Made by a program: the position numbers and the translations under genes. Under the pieces are notes generated by a model that was not told the origin of the DNA, searched no databases, and saw nothing but the letters and a program-made list of their open reading frames with translations. This document shows positions 12,150 through 25,559 of a stretch of DNA of 64,000 bases, in pieces (the first letter of the stretch is position 1; each line of letters starts with the position of its first letter). The stretch is from Chiloscyllium plagiosum (lineage: Eukaryota). Location: positions 64,919,548-64,983,547 of the forward strand of contig NC_057718.1 in the NCBI RefSeq assembly GCF_004010195.1, read 5' to 3'.

Positions 12150-13329
12150 AGTCATAGAGTCATACAGCATGGAAACAACACTCCACCATCGCTCCCTGTC
12201 TCCTGTCATTAAGCTAATTTTGTATCCAATGTGATCTAATTCTATTACTTTAGTCTACCATGCGGAACCTTAGCAAAGGTTTTCCCAAAGTCCAAGTAAA
12301 CAGTGACTACCACTCTGCTCTCATCAATCCTCTTGATTACTTCCACAAAAAAAAACTCAAACAGGTTTGTGAGACATAGTTTCCATTGCACAAACTGTGC
12401 TGACTATCCCTCAACATGTCATGCCTCTCCAAATGCATATAAAGATTATCTTTCAGAATTACCTCCAACAATTTACCCACCACTGGTCAGACTCATAGGT
12501 CTATAGCTCCCAGGCTTTTTCTTACATCCCTTCTTAAACAAAGGCACACTAGTCCCTCTCCAGTCAGCCAGCACCTTGCCCATAGTTATAGATGGTACAA
12601 ATATTTTGGCAACGAGCTCTGCAATTTCCTCTTTAACTTCCCACAACATTGTGGGATACACTAGATCAGGCCCCGGAGATTTATCTAACTTTATATTTTC
12701 TAAGATCTCCAGCACTTCATCTTTTGTAGTGTGAACTGTTTTCAAAAGATCAGTATTTATTTCCCTGAGTTTTGTAGCCTCCATTTTCTTCTCCACAGTA
12801 TAAACTGAACAAGATATTAATTTAATGTCTCTCCCATTTTCTGAGGTTCAAACAAGATGACCTCTTTGTTCTTTAAGGGGCCCTGCCCTCTCTCTAGCTG
12901 CTCTCTTGCTCTTAATTTACTGATAGGATCTCTTTGGATTATCCTTAAACGTATCTGTCATATCTATCTCATATATCCTCTTTGTCTTTCTGATCTCTCC
13001 CTTAAGAATGTCCCTGGACTCTTTATACTGTTCAAGAGATTCATTTGAACCTTGTTGTCCATATCTAATATATGATTATTTTAACTCTTGACTAGAGCCT
13101 CAAGATCTATAGTCGTCTTTTGTTCTCTAATCCTACCAGTGTTTCCTTTCACTAACAGGAACATAATGAAACTGAACTCTCATTATCACATTTTTGAAAG
13201 CATCCAAGTTATCATCCCTTTACCTATGAACAGTCTACCCAAATCAACTTTTGAAAGTTCTAGTCTCATACAATTAAAGGGTGCCTTCCTCAATTAAAAA
13301 CTTCAACCTTTATGGAAGGCTTATCCTTT
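12150..13329 (-). mobile_element. CR1 LINE ORF2 fragments
   Basis: ORF 12473-12796 contains DKSPGPDLVYPTML and PLFKKG...YRPMSLTS. Confidence 0.85.
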
Positions 13330-13868
13330 TGTGGAAATGGTTAACAACAGGGCCAGAGCATAAAAAAGTATATCACCTGGGCTATTCAGGAATAGGGACA
13401 GTAAAATGTGCAGCTAAATACATTGACAAGGTAGGGTTAGTCAGAGCTGGTTCCACTTAAGAAAAGAAACAAAACATGTAGTCAGGCGCGTACCTGAGCT
13501 AAGCTAACTAATCACAACTTATCCCAGTTCAGCAAGCAAACTAGAAGCTGAACCACATTCACCCTGTGCTGCAGAAGTTTGAGGTAAATGATCAAATGCT
13601 AAGTGCAACGTACCCAAAGCTTAATGTGATAATTGATTATGTTACCAAGGCTGACAATCAATATGCAATTGGTTAATAGGAAAGAACTGATACATGATTG
13701 ATGTGGATTTCTATAAAAATACAATTGTAACAGTTGCAAGGTAGTCTCTCTGGGCAAGGGTGACTGTTGTCCATTTAAGCTTGATTCCCTTGCATTGTAA
13801 GTAATAAAGGCACTGTTTGTGAGAAACTGGAATACTTTTGTCCAGCTGAATGAATTGTTTCCTCAACA
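13330..13868 (+). mobile_element. probable solo LTR
   Basis: TGT...ACA ends; TATAAAA at 13712-13718; AATAAA at 13803-13808; CCTTT/CATTT flanks; interrupts a CR1. Confidence 0.55.
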
Positions 13869-14265
13869 CATTTCCATCAAATAGAACTATGATCACTGGA
13901 CACCAAGTGTTCCCTTACAATCACTTCAGTCATTTGCACTGACTTGTTACCCAAGAGGCTCAATGTTTGCTCCTTCTCTAGTAGGAACATTTATATAGTG
14001 ATAAAGAAAATTTTCTTGCAAATATTCACCAAATTCTTCACCATCCAAACCTTTAACTCAATAGTAGCCCCAGTCAATGTTTGGAAATTTAAATCATTCA
14101 CTATTATATTTATTACTCATATCTATTTGAGGTCTCTTTATACATTTGTTCCTCAATTTGCCACTGATTATTGGGGGGATCTACATTACAATCCCATCGA
14201 GGTGATTATTCATTTCTTGTTTCTAATTTCAACCAATATAGTTTCATTGGGCAATTTTTCAGAAA

Positions 14266-15384
14266 AGAGAGTGAGGTGCGGGATAACTACAGCAGATCAG
14301 GCAACATCCAAGGAGTAGGAGAATCGATGTTTCGGGCATATGCCCTTCATCAGAAATGAGACTGGTGAGCCAGGGGCTGAGAGATAAATGGGAGGGGGGG
14401 TGGGGCTGGGGGAAAGGCAACTGAGAATGTGATAGGTAAATGAAAGTGAAGGTAATGGTGATAGGTTGGAGAGGAGGATGAAGCAGATAGGTAAGAAGGA
14501 AGATGGACAGGTAGGAAAGATCAAGAGGTCAGTGCTGAGTCGGAAGGTTTGATCTGGGATAAGGTGGGGGGAGGGAAAATGAGGAAACTGGTCAAAAACA
14601 CATTAATCTCGAGTGATTGGAGGGTCCCAAGCATGCTTCCTCCAGGCGTCAGGTGGTTGGGGTTTGGCAGTGGAGGACGCCCAGGACTTGCATGTCTTTG
14701 ACGGAGTGGGAGGGAAATTAAAGTTCTGGATTAGTTGTGTTGGAAGAGCACAGCGGTTCAGGCAGCATCCGAGGAGCAGTAAAATCGATGTTTCGGGCAA
14801 AAGCCCTTCATCAGGAATAAAGGCAGAGAGCCTGAAGCTTGGAGAGATAAGCTAGAGGAGGGTGGGGGTGGGGACAAAGTAGCATCAAGTTTGTTTCAGG
14901 ACATGGTTGAAAAGCTCCAGGGCAGAGGAAATGACCTGGAAGTTGCAGTGGGAGAGGGACTCCCTGAGATTCTTGTAGACAGAGGAGGAAATCTTCAAGG
15001 CAGGCATCCTTGCAAGAGGATTCGCAGTAGGGTTAAAATCAACTAGGTAAAAACAATGACTGCAGATGCTGGAAACAAGATTCTGGATTAGTGGTTCTGG
15101 AAGAGTACAGCAGTTCAGGCAGCATCCGAGGAGCAGTAAAATCGACGTTTCTGTGCTTGGTCATCGGGCATTGGGGTTATTTCATGCGTGTGCCCCGGTG
15201 GTGATGTTCTCTGAAGCATTCTGCAAGTCGGCATCCTGTCTCCCCAATGTAGAAGAGACCGCATCAGGAGCAACGGAAACAGTAAATGACATGTGGAAGT
15301 GCAGATAAAACTCTGCTCCTTTGGGGCCTTGGACGGAGGTGAGAGGGGAGGTGTAGGCACAGGTTTCTTGAGGTGGCAAAAAAG
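14266..15384 (-). mobile_element. PLE 3' fragment containing a nested mini-PLE (14724-15151)
   Basis: 12-bp target duplication ATTTTTCAGAAA at 14254-14265 and 15385-15396; three terminal-repeat copies; GIY-YIG remnant. Confidence 0.85.
14783..14818 (-). ncRNA. hammerhead motif copy (GTC changed to ATC)
   Basis: ATTC-CTGATGA-A-GGGC-TTTT-GCCC-GAAAC-ATC-GAT. Confidence 0.55.
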
Positions 15385-17009
15385 ATTTTTCAGAAAGAAC
15401 TTCTCTAGCTACAGTAGTAATGTTTTCTTAACAAAAATGCCACTCCCCCTCCTCTTTTTCCTACCTTTCTAACCTTCCTATAGCATCTGAAACCTGGAAC
15501 ATTGAGCTGCCAGTTCTACCCATCCCTCAGCCAATTTCATGTAATGGCTATGACATCCTAACCCCAAGTTCTCAAACATGCCCTGAGTTCATCAGCCTTA
15601 CCTATAAGACTCCTTGCATTGAAGTAAATGCAACTTAATTCTTCAGAGTTACTTCATTCTCTGACTTGTTCGTGGCTGTCTTTTCTAATTACTTTGTTCA
15701 TTACAGATTCAGACCTGTCCTCATCTATCTTTCTGTTTAATCTGCCACTTCAGCTACCACCCTCCCCCACCCCAATACTTTACAGTCTCCCTTAATAGAA
15801 GTAGCAAATCTCTCCACTAGAATATTGGTCATTTTTCAGTACAAGTGAAACCCATTCTTTTTGAACAGGAATTTTCTGCCCCAGAAGGATCCCAATGATC
15901 CAAGAATCTGAATGTTTGAACATTACATCAACCCCTTGGTCATTGATTTATCTCCTTTCTCCTTTTATTCTTTCCTTCATTTGAGCTTGGCACCAGGAAT
16001 AAACCAGAGAAAACTACTTTTGAGGATCTGTTTTTTAGTCTTCTACCTCACCTCTTATATTTACTCCATGAAGTCATAATCTTTTCCTTAACCATGTCAT
16101 TCATACAAATGTGTATAATAACTTCTGGCTTCTCATACTCCCCTTCAACAGCGTGCTTCAAATATATTGAGATTTCCTTAATCCTGGTACCAGGAAAGCA
16201 ACATACTATCCTAGATTCTCACTCACTGCTGCAGAATCCCCTGACAGGAGAGTTTCGATACAATTGTTCTTTTAAATTTTGACAAATCCATCTAACTTAA
16301 GATTCATTCTTACAGTTCAAGATCTGACTGCCTCTTCTCTTTTCCTCTGAGAGGCCATCCTTTTCAACAGTGCCCAAAACTGAGTATCTGTCTGAGAGAG
16401 GATTAGCCACAAGTAACTTCTGAACTATCTTATTACCTTTCCTGCTGTGTAATCACTTCCCTAAATCCACCAATCATCTAGCTCTGTGTCTCTTGTATGC
16501 TCGCAATGACATTAAACCTAAAAAGAAGGGTTATGGTGAATTCTGGACTTCAAATTTAGGTAAAGTGTAATTGAATGTAACTCTAGACTAAAAATGTGCA
16601 GAAATCCTTCCAGACAAGATTAACTCTGTGTTCATTAGTGATGCTAGACAGAAGATGCCAAGAGTTATAATTAATATCTTCTTTCAATACATCCAATCAA
16701 ATGATGGTTCAGTGACTCTGAATTTTCAACATCTATCACACTTTTAAAATGTGGATAATTTACTACTGAGGGTGGATAAAGACATTTTAGATTATATGCT
16801 GTGATTGTGAGTAAGTTGAAACTTCAAATTCCTTCAATTTCTCAGGACAAAAATCATCCCAATTTGGCAAATGCTTATTTAATTGTTAGCTTGGCTCAGT
16901 GGGTGAGCTGTCAGCTCTAGTTTAGAAGTTTGTGGATGCAAACTCCTCTCCAGAATATGAACATGTATTTTAGACTGAACCCAACATGTAAAGGTTTAAA
17001 ACTTTAGTT

Positions 17010-17720
17010 TATTCATTCTCAGGATGTGGGTGTTTTTTTTTTGCACATTCCCAACTGTCATTGAGAAAATGATGCTGAGCCATTTTCTTGAACTATTAGG
17101 GTCCTTCGGGTGTAGATATAGCAATAGTGCCGTTAGGAAGGGAGTTTCATGATTTTAGCCCAGTGACAGTGAAAGAGTAGCGATATTGGACTGAGTCTTA
17201 CCAGAAATCAACCGAGTGTCATTTTTGACAAGTTTCATGGAGGGTTTTTCTCTGAAAAGCATCTCTATGAAACCCATAAGTTTTCTTATACTATCTTCCC
17301 AAAATCCACTCATTACCCAAACATCACATTCTGGCATCACCCCATTTGTGACATTCACTCATTGGCCACAGGCAGAGGAGTCTTGATGAGTTACTGCAGT
17401 ACATCTTATAGGTGGTATGTATTGCCCCTGTGCATTACTGATGAAAAGGGTGCTGTTGAAAGTGATGGATGGGGTGCCAATCAAGGAGATTGCTTTTTCC
17501 TTGAATGTACAGCTTCTTGAGTGCTGTTGGAGTTATACTCATCCAGGCAAGTGAGGAGTATTCAATAAAACTCCTGACTTGTGACTTGTAGATGCTGAAC
17601 AGGATTTGGGGAGAGTGGAGGGGAGTTACTCACTGCAGGATCCTTAGCCGCTCTCTTATTCTTGTACCAACAGTATTTAACTGGCTTGTTCTGTTTCTGA
17701 TCAATGGTAACTATCAAGAT
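17010..17720 (-). mobile_element. old L2/CR1-clade LINE 3' fragment
   Basis: reverse complement similar to 55300-55995; related pieces near 1-330, 24890-25170 and 29960-30390. Confidence 0.5.
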
Positions 17721-18192
17721 ATTGAACAAATTGTCAAAATTTGTCTTTTGGGCTAGTCATTAAACTGAAGTTTTGTCTGCCTTTTCAGATGGACATGATT
17801 ATATAAATAATTGGAGTACAGGGCTGTGGTTGTAACTTGTCATCACCCTGTTGGTATTATTGATTATTTGTTGTATCATCCTGCTGTGCATTTATTTTTT
17901 CTGTTTGCTTACAAATCAATAACCTCAAAACTAATTTCACCAGCCATGAAGAGTTTTGATATAACCTTCAGGAATGAAATACACATGCACTGATTTTAAC
18001 TCTGGGTCAGTTTTGGGCAGTAGCATTTTCATTTCAGTTTAACATTCATCACAGAACATAGACCAGTCCAGCACATGGATAGGCCCTTCTGCCATGTTGT
18101 CTGCACCAACTGTGATGACATTCTAAACTAATCCCATCTGCCTGCACATGGTTCATATTCCTCTATCTCCTGCCTACTCATCTATCTGTTTA

Positions 18193-20197
18193 CATAGAAC
18201 ATAGAACATAGAAGAATACAGCGCAGTACAGGCCCTTTGGCCCTCGATGTTGCGCCGATCCAAGCCCACCTAACCTATACTAACCCACTATCCTCCATAT
18301 ACCTATCCAATGCCCGCCTAAATGCCCATAAAGAGGGAGAGTCCACCACTGCTACAGGCAGGGCATTCCATGAACTTACGACACGCTGAGTGAAGAACCT
18401 ACCCCTAACTTCAATCCTATATCTACCCCCCCTTAATTTAAAGCTATGCCCCCTCGTAATAGCTGACTCCATACGTGGAAAAAGGTTCTCACGGTCAACC
18501 CTATCTAAACCCCTAATCATCTTGTACACCTCTATCAAGTCACCCCTAAACCTTCTTTTCTCCAATGAAAACAACCCCAAGTGCCTCAGCCTTTCCTAAT
18601 ACGATCTTTCTACCATACCAGGCAACATCCTGGTAAACCTCCTCTGCACCCGTTCCAGTACCTCCACATCCTTCCTATAGTATGGCAACCNNNNNNNNNN
18701 NNNNNNNNNNNNNNNNNNNNNNNNNNNNNNNNNNNNNNNNNNNNNNNNNNNNNNNNNNNNNNNNNNNNNNNNNNNNNNNNNNNNNNNNNNNNNNNNNNNN
18801 NNNNNNNNNNNNNNNNNNNNNNNNNNNNNNNNNNNNNNNNNNNNNNNNNNNNNNNNNNNNNNNNNNNNNNNNNNNNNNNNNNNNNNNNNNNNNNNNNNNN
18901 NNNNNNNNNNNNNNNNNNNNNNNNNNNNNNNNNNNNNNNNNNNNNNNNNNNNNNNNNNNNNNNNNNNNNNNNNNNNNNNNNNNNNNNNNNNNNNNNNNNN
19001 NNNNNNNNNNNNNNNNNNNNNNNNNNNNNNNNNNNNNNNNNNNNNNNNNNNNNNNNNNNNNNNNNNNNNNNNNNNNNNNNNNNNNNNNNNNNNNNNNNNN
19101 NNNNNNNNNNNNNNNNNNNNNNNNNNNNNNNNNNNNNNNNNNNNNNNNNNNNNNNNNNNNNNNNNNNNNNNNNNNNNNNNNNNNNNNNNNNNNNNNNNNN
19201 NNNNNNNNNNNNNNNNNNNNNNNNNNNNNNNNNNNNNNNNNNNNTTCTGTACATACCTCAAAGCCATCCATTCTACTTATTTGTGCCTCAGTATTTTCAT
19301 CGACAACAATGCCCTGTTCCTGAGTGAATACTGAAGAAAAGTATTCATTCAGTGTCTCCCCAATCTCTTCCGCCTCCACTCGCAACTTCCCACTACTATC
19401 CTTGACTGGACCTATTCCTACCCTCATTGTTTTATTCCTGACATACCTATAGAAAGCCTTAGGGTTTTCCCTAATCCTACCGACTAAGGACCTTTCATGT
19501 CCCCTCCTTGCTGCTCTTAGCTCTCTCTTCAGGTCCTTCCTGGCTACCCTATAACTCTCAATCGCCCCAATTGAACCTTCATGTCTCATCTTGAGATAGG
19601 CCGCCCTCTTCCATTTAACAAGGGATTCCAATTCCTTATTAAACCACGGCTCCCTCGCACGACCCTTTTCTCCCTGCCTGACAGGTACATAATTATCATG
19701 GACACTCAATAGTTGCTCCTTGAACAGGCTCCACATATCATTTACACTCTTGCCTTGGAGTCTACTTTTCCAAGCCACACATCCTAAGTCATGCCTCACC
19801 GCATCATACTTTCCCTGACCCCAGCTATAACTCTTGCCCTGTAGTACACACTTATCCCTCTCCATCACGAGAGTAAAAATCACCGAATTATGGTGCTCAC
19901 CTACCTCTAATTCTAACACCTGGCCTGGTTCGTTACCCAGAACCAAATCCAGTATGGCCTCACCTCTTGTTGGCCTGTCTACATATTGTGTCAGGAAACT
20001 CTCCTGCACACATTGAACAAACACTGACCCATCTAACGAACTTGAGCTATAGCTTTCCCAATCAATATCAGGAAAGTTAAAGTCCCCCATAACAACCACC
20101 CTATTACTGTCACTCATCTCCTGAATCACCTTCCCTATCCTTTCTTCAATGATTCTAGGACTATTAGGAGGCCTGTAAAAGACTCCTAACAGGGTCT
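18193..20197 (-). mobile_element. young CR1 LINE spanning an assembly gap
   Basis: uninterrupted ORF2 frame from about 20197 to 19246 (VVVMGDFNFPDIDW, LDLVLGNE); intact C-terminal ORF; (CATAGAA)n tail; CpGs retained. Confidence 0.92.
18691..19245. other. assembly gap (N run)
   Basis: N characters. Confidence 0.99.
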
Positions 20198-20199
20198 TA

Positions 20200-21020
20200 A
20201 ACATTGCCTAACATGCCTCTTAAACATTGTTATTGTACTTGATTTGACTACATGCACTGGTAGCACATTTCTGGCACCTACCATCCTCTCTGTAAAAGAC
20301 TTGCCTCACACATATCCTTTAAACTTTTCCAATGTCACATTAAATGTATGTCCCCTTGTATGTGACATCCGTGTCTCGCATAACTTTATACACCTCTGTC
20401 AGGTCACCCCTCAGCCTCTGGTGCTCCAGTGAAAACAAACCAAGTTTATCTCTAAAACACTCCAATCCAGGTAACATCTGGCAACCTCTTTTGCACCCTC
20501 TCCAAAGCCTTCACATCATTCCTATAGTTGGTGACCGGAACTGCACACAATACTCCAAATGTGGCCAAATTAAAATTTAAGGTAATTGCATCATGATTTT
20601 CCAATTATCATACTCAAGTCACTGAACAATGAAGGTAAGCATGCCGTATGCCTTCTTTACCAACTTACACACTTGTGTTGTCACTTTTAGGGAGCTATGG
20701 ACTTGAACCCAAAGAAGTCTCTGTATATCAAAGCTCCTAAAATTTATCACATCATATCCAGATTAACACCATCTGCCATTTCTCTGTGCAACTTTCCAAC
20801 TGATTTATATCCTGCTATATCCTTTGGAAAACTTCACTGTCTGCAACTCCACCAATTTTCATGTTATCTGTAAACTTACTAATTAGACCACCCGCTTTTA
20901 CATCCAAATCATTGATATATATTGTAAACACAGAGATCCCAGAATTGAACTTTGTGGAACACCACTGGTCACAGTCCTCCAGTCAGAAAAATACTCCCAC
21001 AATTACTCTCTGTCTTCTGT
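20200..21020 (-). mobile_element. older CR1 3' part (its tail continues at about 18050-18190)
   Basis: reverse complement of RT C-terminal and 3' motifs. Confidence 0.75.
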
Positions 21021-21025
21021 AACCA

Positions 21026-21212
21026 AGCTTCCATCTATCGCCATCCCAACTATCTTCCACCCCCAGTCCCACTCTCCTTTTTATTTCTCAGCCTGTTGCA
21101 TCCCAAATTCCTGATGAAGGGTTTATGCCCAAAACATTGACTTCCCTGCTCCTTGAGTGCTGCCTGACCTGCTGTGCTTTTCCAGCGCCATACTTTTCGA
21201 CTCTGACTCTTA
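21026..21212 (+). mobile_element. PLE 3' UTR and terminal repeat fragment
   Basis: CTGATGAAGGGTTTATGCCCAAAAC at 21111, followed by the shared repeat. Confidence 0.8.
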
Positions 21213-21734
21213 AATCTCCCACCCAGACCCTCTTTCAAAAGGCTACTACTTTGAAGCAAATTTAGTCAGTCCTCTTAACACTTTCTTTGACCTGGTGACA
21301 ATTTTTGTATGACTAATGTACAAAAGTATTCACAGAAGTGTAAAGGTACTATGTCATTGTAAGCTATGTTGCATATAGACCTAACTTTACAAATGTGGCC
21401 TGCCTGCAGTATTTTGAAATAGATTGAAGCAGTAATGGTTATGCACATTTAAAGTGATAAGCTAAGAGCTTTAAACAAGAAGATGCAGGAAGGATGTTTT
21501 CAATGACTGGGAACCCAGAACGAGGGATCACAGTGTAGGAATAATGGATAGGCCACCTAGGACAGAGATGAGGGGAAGCCATTCCATCCAGAGAGTAGTG
21601 AGACTGTTGAATTCCCACCACAAGAACTCTTGAGACCAAAACATTGAAAACTTTCAAGAAAGATGTAGGTACAGCTCCTAGGAATAATCTCATGAATGTT
21701 ATTTTGTCTTAATGAGTGAAAGAAACAGTTCTTA

Positions 21735-21884
<150 letters not shown>

Positions 21885-21989
21885 TTACACACGAAGGATT
21901 TCATGTTTCTCAAATGATCAAATGCTTTATAAAACCTGAGCACAGTGTAAGATATTTAACATGACAGACACTCAGAAAGAGAATGCAGT

Positions 21990-22605
21990 CCTTCAGATCA
22001 ATTAAAACATTGATGTTAAGAAGGAAGATGTGTTGAAAATTTTGAAAAACGTTCGAATATATATGTCCCCTGGGCCAGATGGGATATACCCAAAACTACT
22101 ACAGGAAGTGAGGGAAGAGATTGCTGCAAATTTGGCGATAATCTTTGCAATCTCACTGTCCAGCAGTGCCAGATGATTGGTGGGTGGAAAATGTTATTCT
22201 CTTGTTCGAGAAAGGTTGGGGGAGCTAATGCTTTTCTCATTGGAGCGAAGAAGGGTGAGAGGTGCCTTGATAGAGGTGTATAAAATGTTGAGAGGCATAG
22301 ATAGAGTGAATAGTCAGAGACCTTTTCCCAGGGTAGAAATGGCTATCACAGGGGGCATAATTTTAAGGTGTTTGGAGGAAGGTTTCGGGGGGTGGTTTTC
22401 AGAAGTTGGTTCTTTACAGAGTGTGGTTGGTGTGTGGAATGCACTGCCAGCAGTGGTAGTAGAGTCAGTGACATTAGGGAAATTTAAGTGACTCTTGGAT
22501 AGGCACATGGATGATAGTAAAATGAGGGGTATGTAAGGATAAAAGGTCAGCACAACATTGAGGACTGAAGGGTCTGTACTGTGCTGCACTGTTGTATGTT
22601 CTATC
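21990..22605 (+). mobile_element. internally deleted CR1 fragment
   Basis: SPGPDGIYPKLL followed directly by FSLERRRVRGALIEVYK and the 3' tail. Confidence 0.8.
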
Positions 22606-23116
22606 ATTGGAAGGGGAATAGGATGTTTTTACTAATCTGGCCCTCTCAATCAGCACAGCTCACTGTAGATTAATGGGAAAAATCAACCACATAATTGTTG
22701 AAAGTCAAATTCATGTGGCTTTAGATACCTCTCCATTTTAATTAACTCATTTATTTGTTGCGGATCTGATGCCCCTCTTTCTGATTTCCCACATGAGCAA
22801 TGTGACACTCAACATATATACCACATATATTGCTTTCAAATCAAGAAAGTGGTAAGACTGCATTATAATGGTCAAATGCAACAATTCTTTGCGGTTTAAG
22901 ACATTAGAGAAAATTCTATCAGGTTTCGAAGTTTCTAAATAACAATAATAGATTGCAACTTTCACAAAAGTAAGTAGCCATGTATCTCTAAACAAAACTG
23001 GATATTTGCTAGAATTTGGAAACCCTGCTAAATGACTAATGGACATTCAGCTTTCTGGACCTGAGATAGAATTGAGTCTTGACACTAATAAGGATTTTCT
23101 CTTGTAATAACAGTCA

Positions 23117-23239
<123 letters not shown>

Positions 23240-23429
23240 TCAAGTATCTTACCTGATTTCATAATTTGATTCATAAACTTTTAAAACATAGAAACAACTA
23301 CATGATAAAGCAATAAATTCAGGAAGAAATTAAGAAAACAGGCAAAAAAAATGTGGAGAGAATATAACCAAAGAAAAGAAATGGCTCATTTCCTTGGAAC
23401 TAAGGTGAGAAAAAATTCCACACAAAAAA

Positions 23430-24490
23430 AAAACACGGGAAATACCAGATGAATACATGGCTGGGGAAATGGTGTAGGAGGGAGAGATTCATATTTCTGC
23501 AGCATTGGCCCTGGTCCTGCCCAGATGCCACAAGCTTTGTTGCTGGTCCATTGTCTTTCACCATTTATACAAAAGATTTGGATGTGAGTATAGGAGGCAT
23601 GGTTAGTAAGTTTGCAGATGACACCAAAATAGTGCTGTAGTTGACAGTGTTATCTTAGAGTACAAGGTGATCTTGATCAGATGGGCCAATGGGCTGAGGA
23701 GTGGCAGATGGAGTTTAATTTAGAATACTGAGGTATTACATTTTGGTAAGGCAAACCAGGGCAGGACGTATACAGTTAATGATAGGGCCTGGGGAGTGTT
23801 GCTGAACAAAGAGACCGAGGGATGTAGATACATAGTTCCTTGAAAGTGAAGTTGCAGGCAGACAGGGTGGTGATGGTACCGATTGGCACACTCACTTTCA
23901 TTGATTAGAATATCGAGTCTAGGAGTTAGGATGTACGGACATTGATGAGGCCACTTTTAGAATACTGTGCACAATCTGATTGCCCTTCTCTGGAAAGATG
24001 TTGTTAAACTTGAGAGTGTGCAGAAAAGATTTACAAGGATGTTGCTGGAACGGGACAGTTTGAATTATAGGGAGAGGCTGAATAAACTGGGACTTTTTTC
24101 CTTGGAACATCAGAGGCTGAGGGGTGACCTTATAGAGATTTATAAAATCATGAGGCACAAGGATACGGTGAGTAGCCAAAGTCTTTTTCCAAAGGTGGGG
24201 GATTCCAAAGTTGGAGGATGTAGGTTTAAGGTGAGAGGGGAAAGATTTTAAAAGGACCAGAGGGGTAACTTCTTCATGCAGAAAGTGGTGTTCGAATGGA
24301 ATGAGCTGCCGGAGGACGTAGTGGAGGCAGATACAATTGTAACATTTAAAAAGTATCTGGATGGGTGTATGAATAGGAAAGGTTGAGTGTGATATGGGGT
24401 AAATGCTGGCAAATGGGATTAGGTCAGATTGGAATGTCTGTTCAGAGCGGACAAATTGGACAAAGGATTTGTTTCTGTGCTGAATGAAGC
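23430..24490 (+). mobile_element. CR1 fragment
   Basis: SKFADDTKI; FSLEHQRLRGDLIEIYKI. Confidence 0.85.
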
Positions 24491-25559
24491 TATGGCTATT
24501 GCAGCAGATAAATCTAAATAAAGGAAACTGTGAGGCCATGAAGTGCACATTGGCAAGGATGGAGTAGAGAAACTTACTGAAGGGGTTGATGGTGAGTAGG
24601 CAATAGTTAATATTTAAAGAATACATGCATAAATAATAATTATTCACCCCTATCTAGTGCAAAACTAAATAAGGAAATGCTTTTCAACAATGGTTTACAA
24701 ACAAAATTTATGATAGTCTTAGATGCAAATAGGAAATTTCAAGAAAAAAAGAGGCAAAGTGGGGGAATTGCTGGAGTCTATTATCAAAGCCATGGGTTTA
24801 TGAAAAGCAAACTATCGCTAACAAATCAACTGGTGTTGTTGAGAATCCACCAAACACCAACACCACTTTATCAAAGATCCTTAGATAGCACTTACAAATC
24901 CATGATTATCTAAAAGGACAAAAGCAGCAAATATATGTGATCCCCACCACCTCTACAAGCTATTCACCACCCTGAAATATATCACTACTTCTTCAGTGTT
25001 GTTAGGTCGAAATTCTGAAATTCCTTCCTCATGACATTGTGAGTCTACCGACACAACATGGACAGCAGCGGTTCAAGAAAGCAGCTCACCACCACTTTCT
25101 CTATGTCAATTAGGGATAAGCAATAAATACTGGCCCAGGCTGTGACACCCATATTCCACGAGTGGATTTTTTAAAATTCTAACTTGTGGAATACTGTACA
25201 TATTCGAGTAATAGTCGATCTCATGTAAGAATCAACCTCCTGTTTTTGGCCAAACAATCTGGAATTTTTCATTTATCGCATGTCAAGGATAACCCTAGTT
25301 CTTCACAGATAATAGATCAATAATTGTGAATCATTGTGCTGGCTGTTGCGCTCCACTCTGGGTCTTCTAGTGCGTCAGCTGTTGTGTGCCCCGCTCCTTT
25401 TCTTCCATTGAGCCACTGATGTGATCTGCTCCGGGTGTTCCAGTGTGTCTGCTGACACATTTCACTCCAGGCCTCCAGAATTACAGTAATTCGTTCTGTT
25501 TTCTTCAGTATGAATTTCAGCCCCATGTAATAGTCAAACCCATCAATTTAATCTTTAAA

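Larger units (their letters stand above)
13869..16510 (-). mobile_element. older CR1 (APE and ORF1 region) interrupted by a PLE
   Basis: reverse complement resembles the 4900-6100 CR1 region; continuous across the 14266-15384 insertion. Confidence 0.7.

Noticed and set aside
18581..19327. Long ORFs across N runs (also 56651-57491)
   Set aside because: Artefacts of translating assembly gaps.
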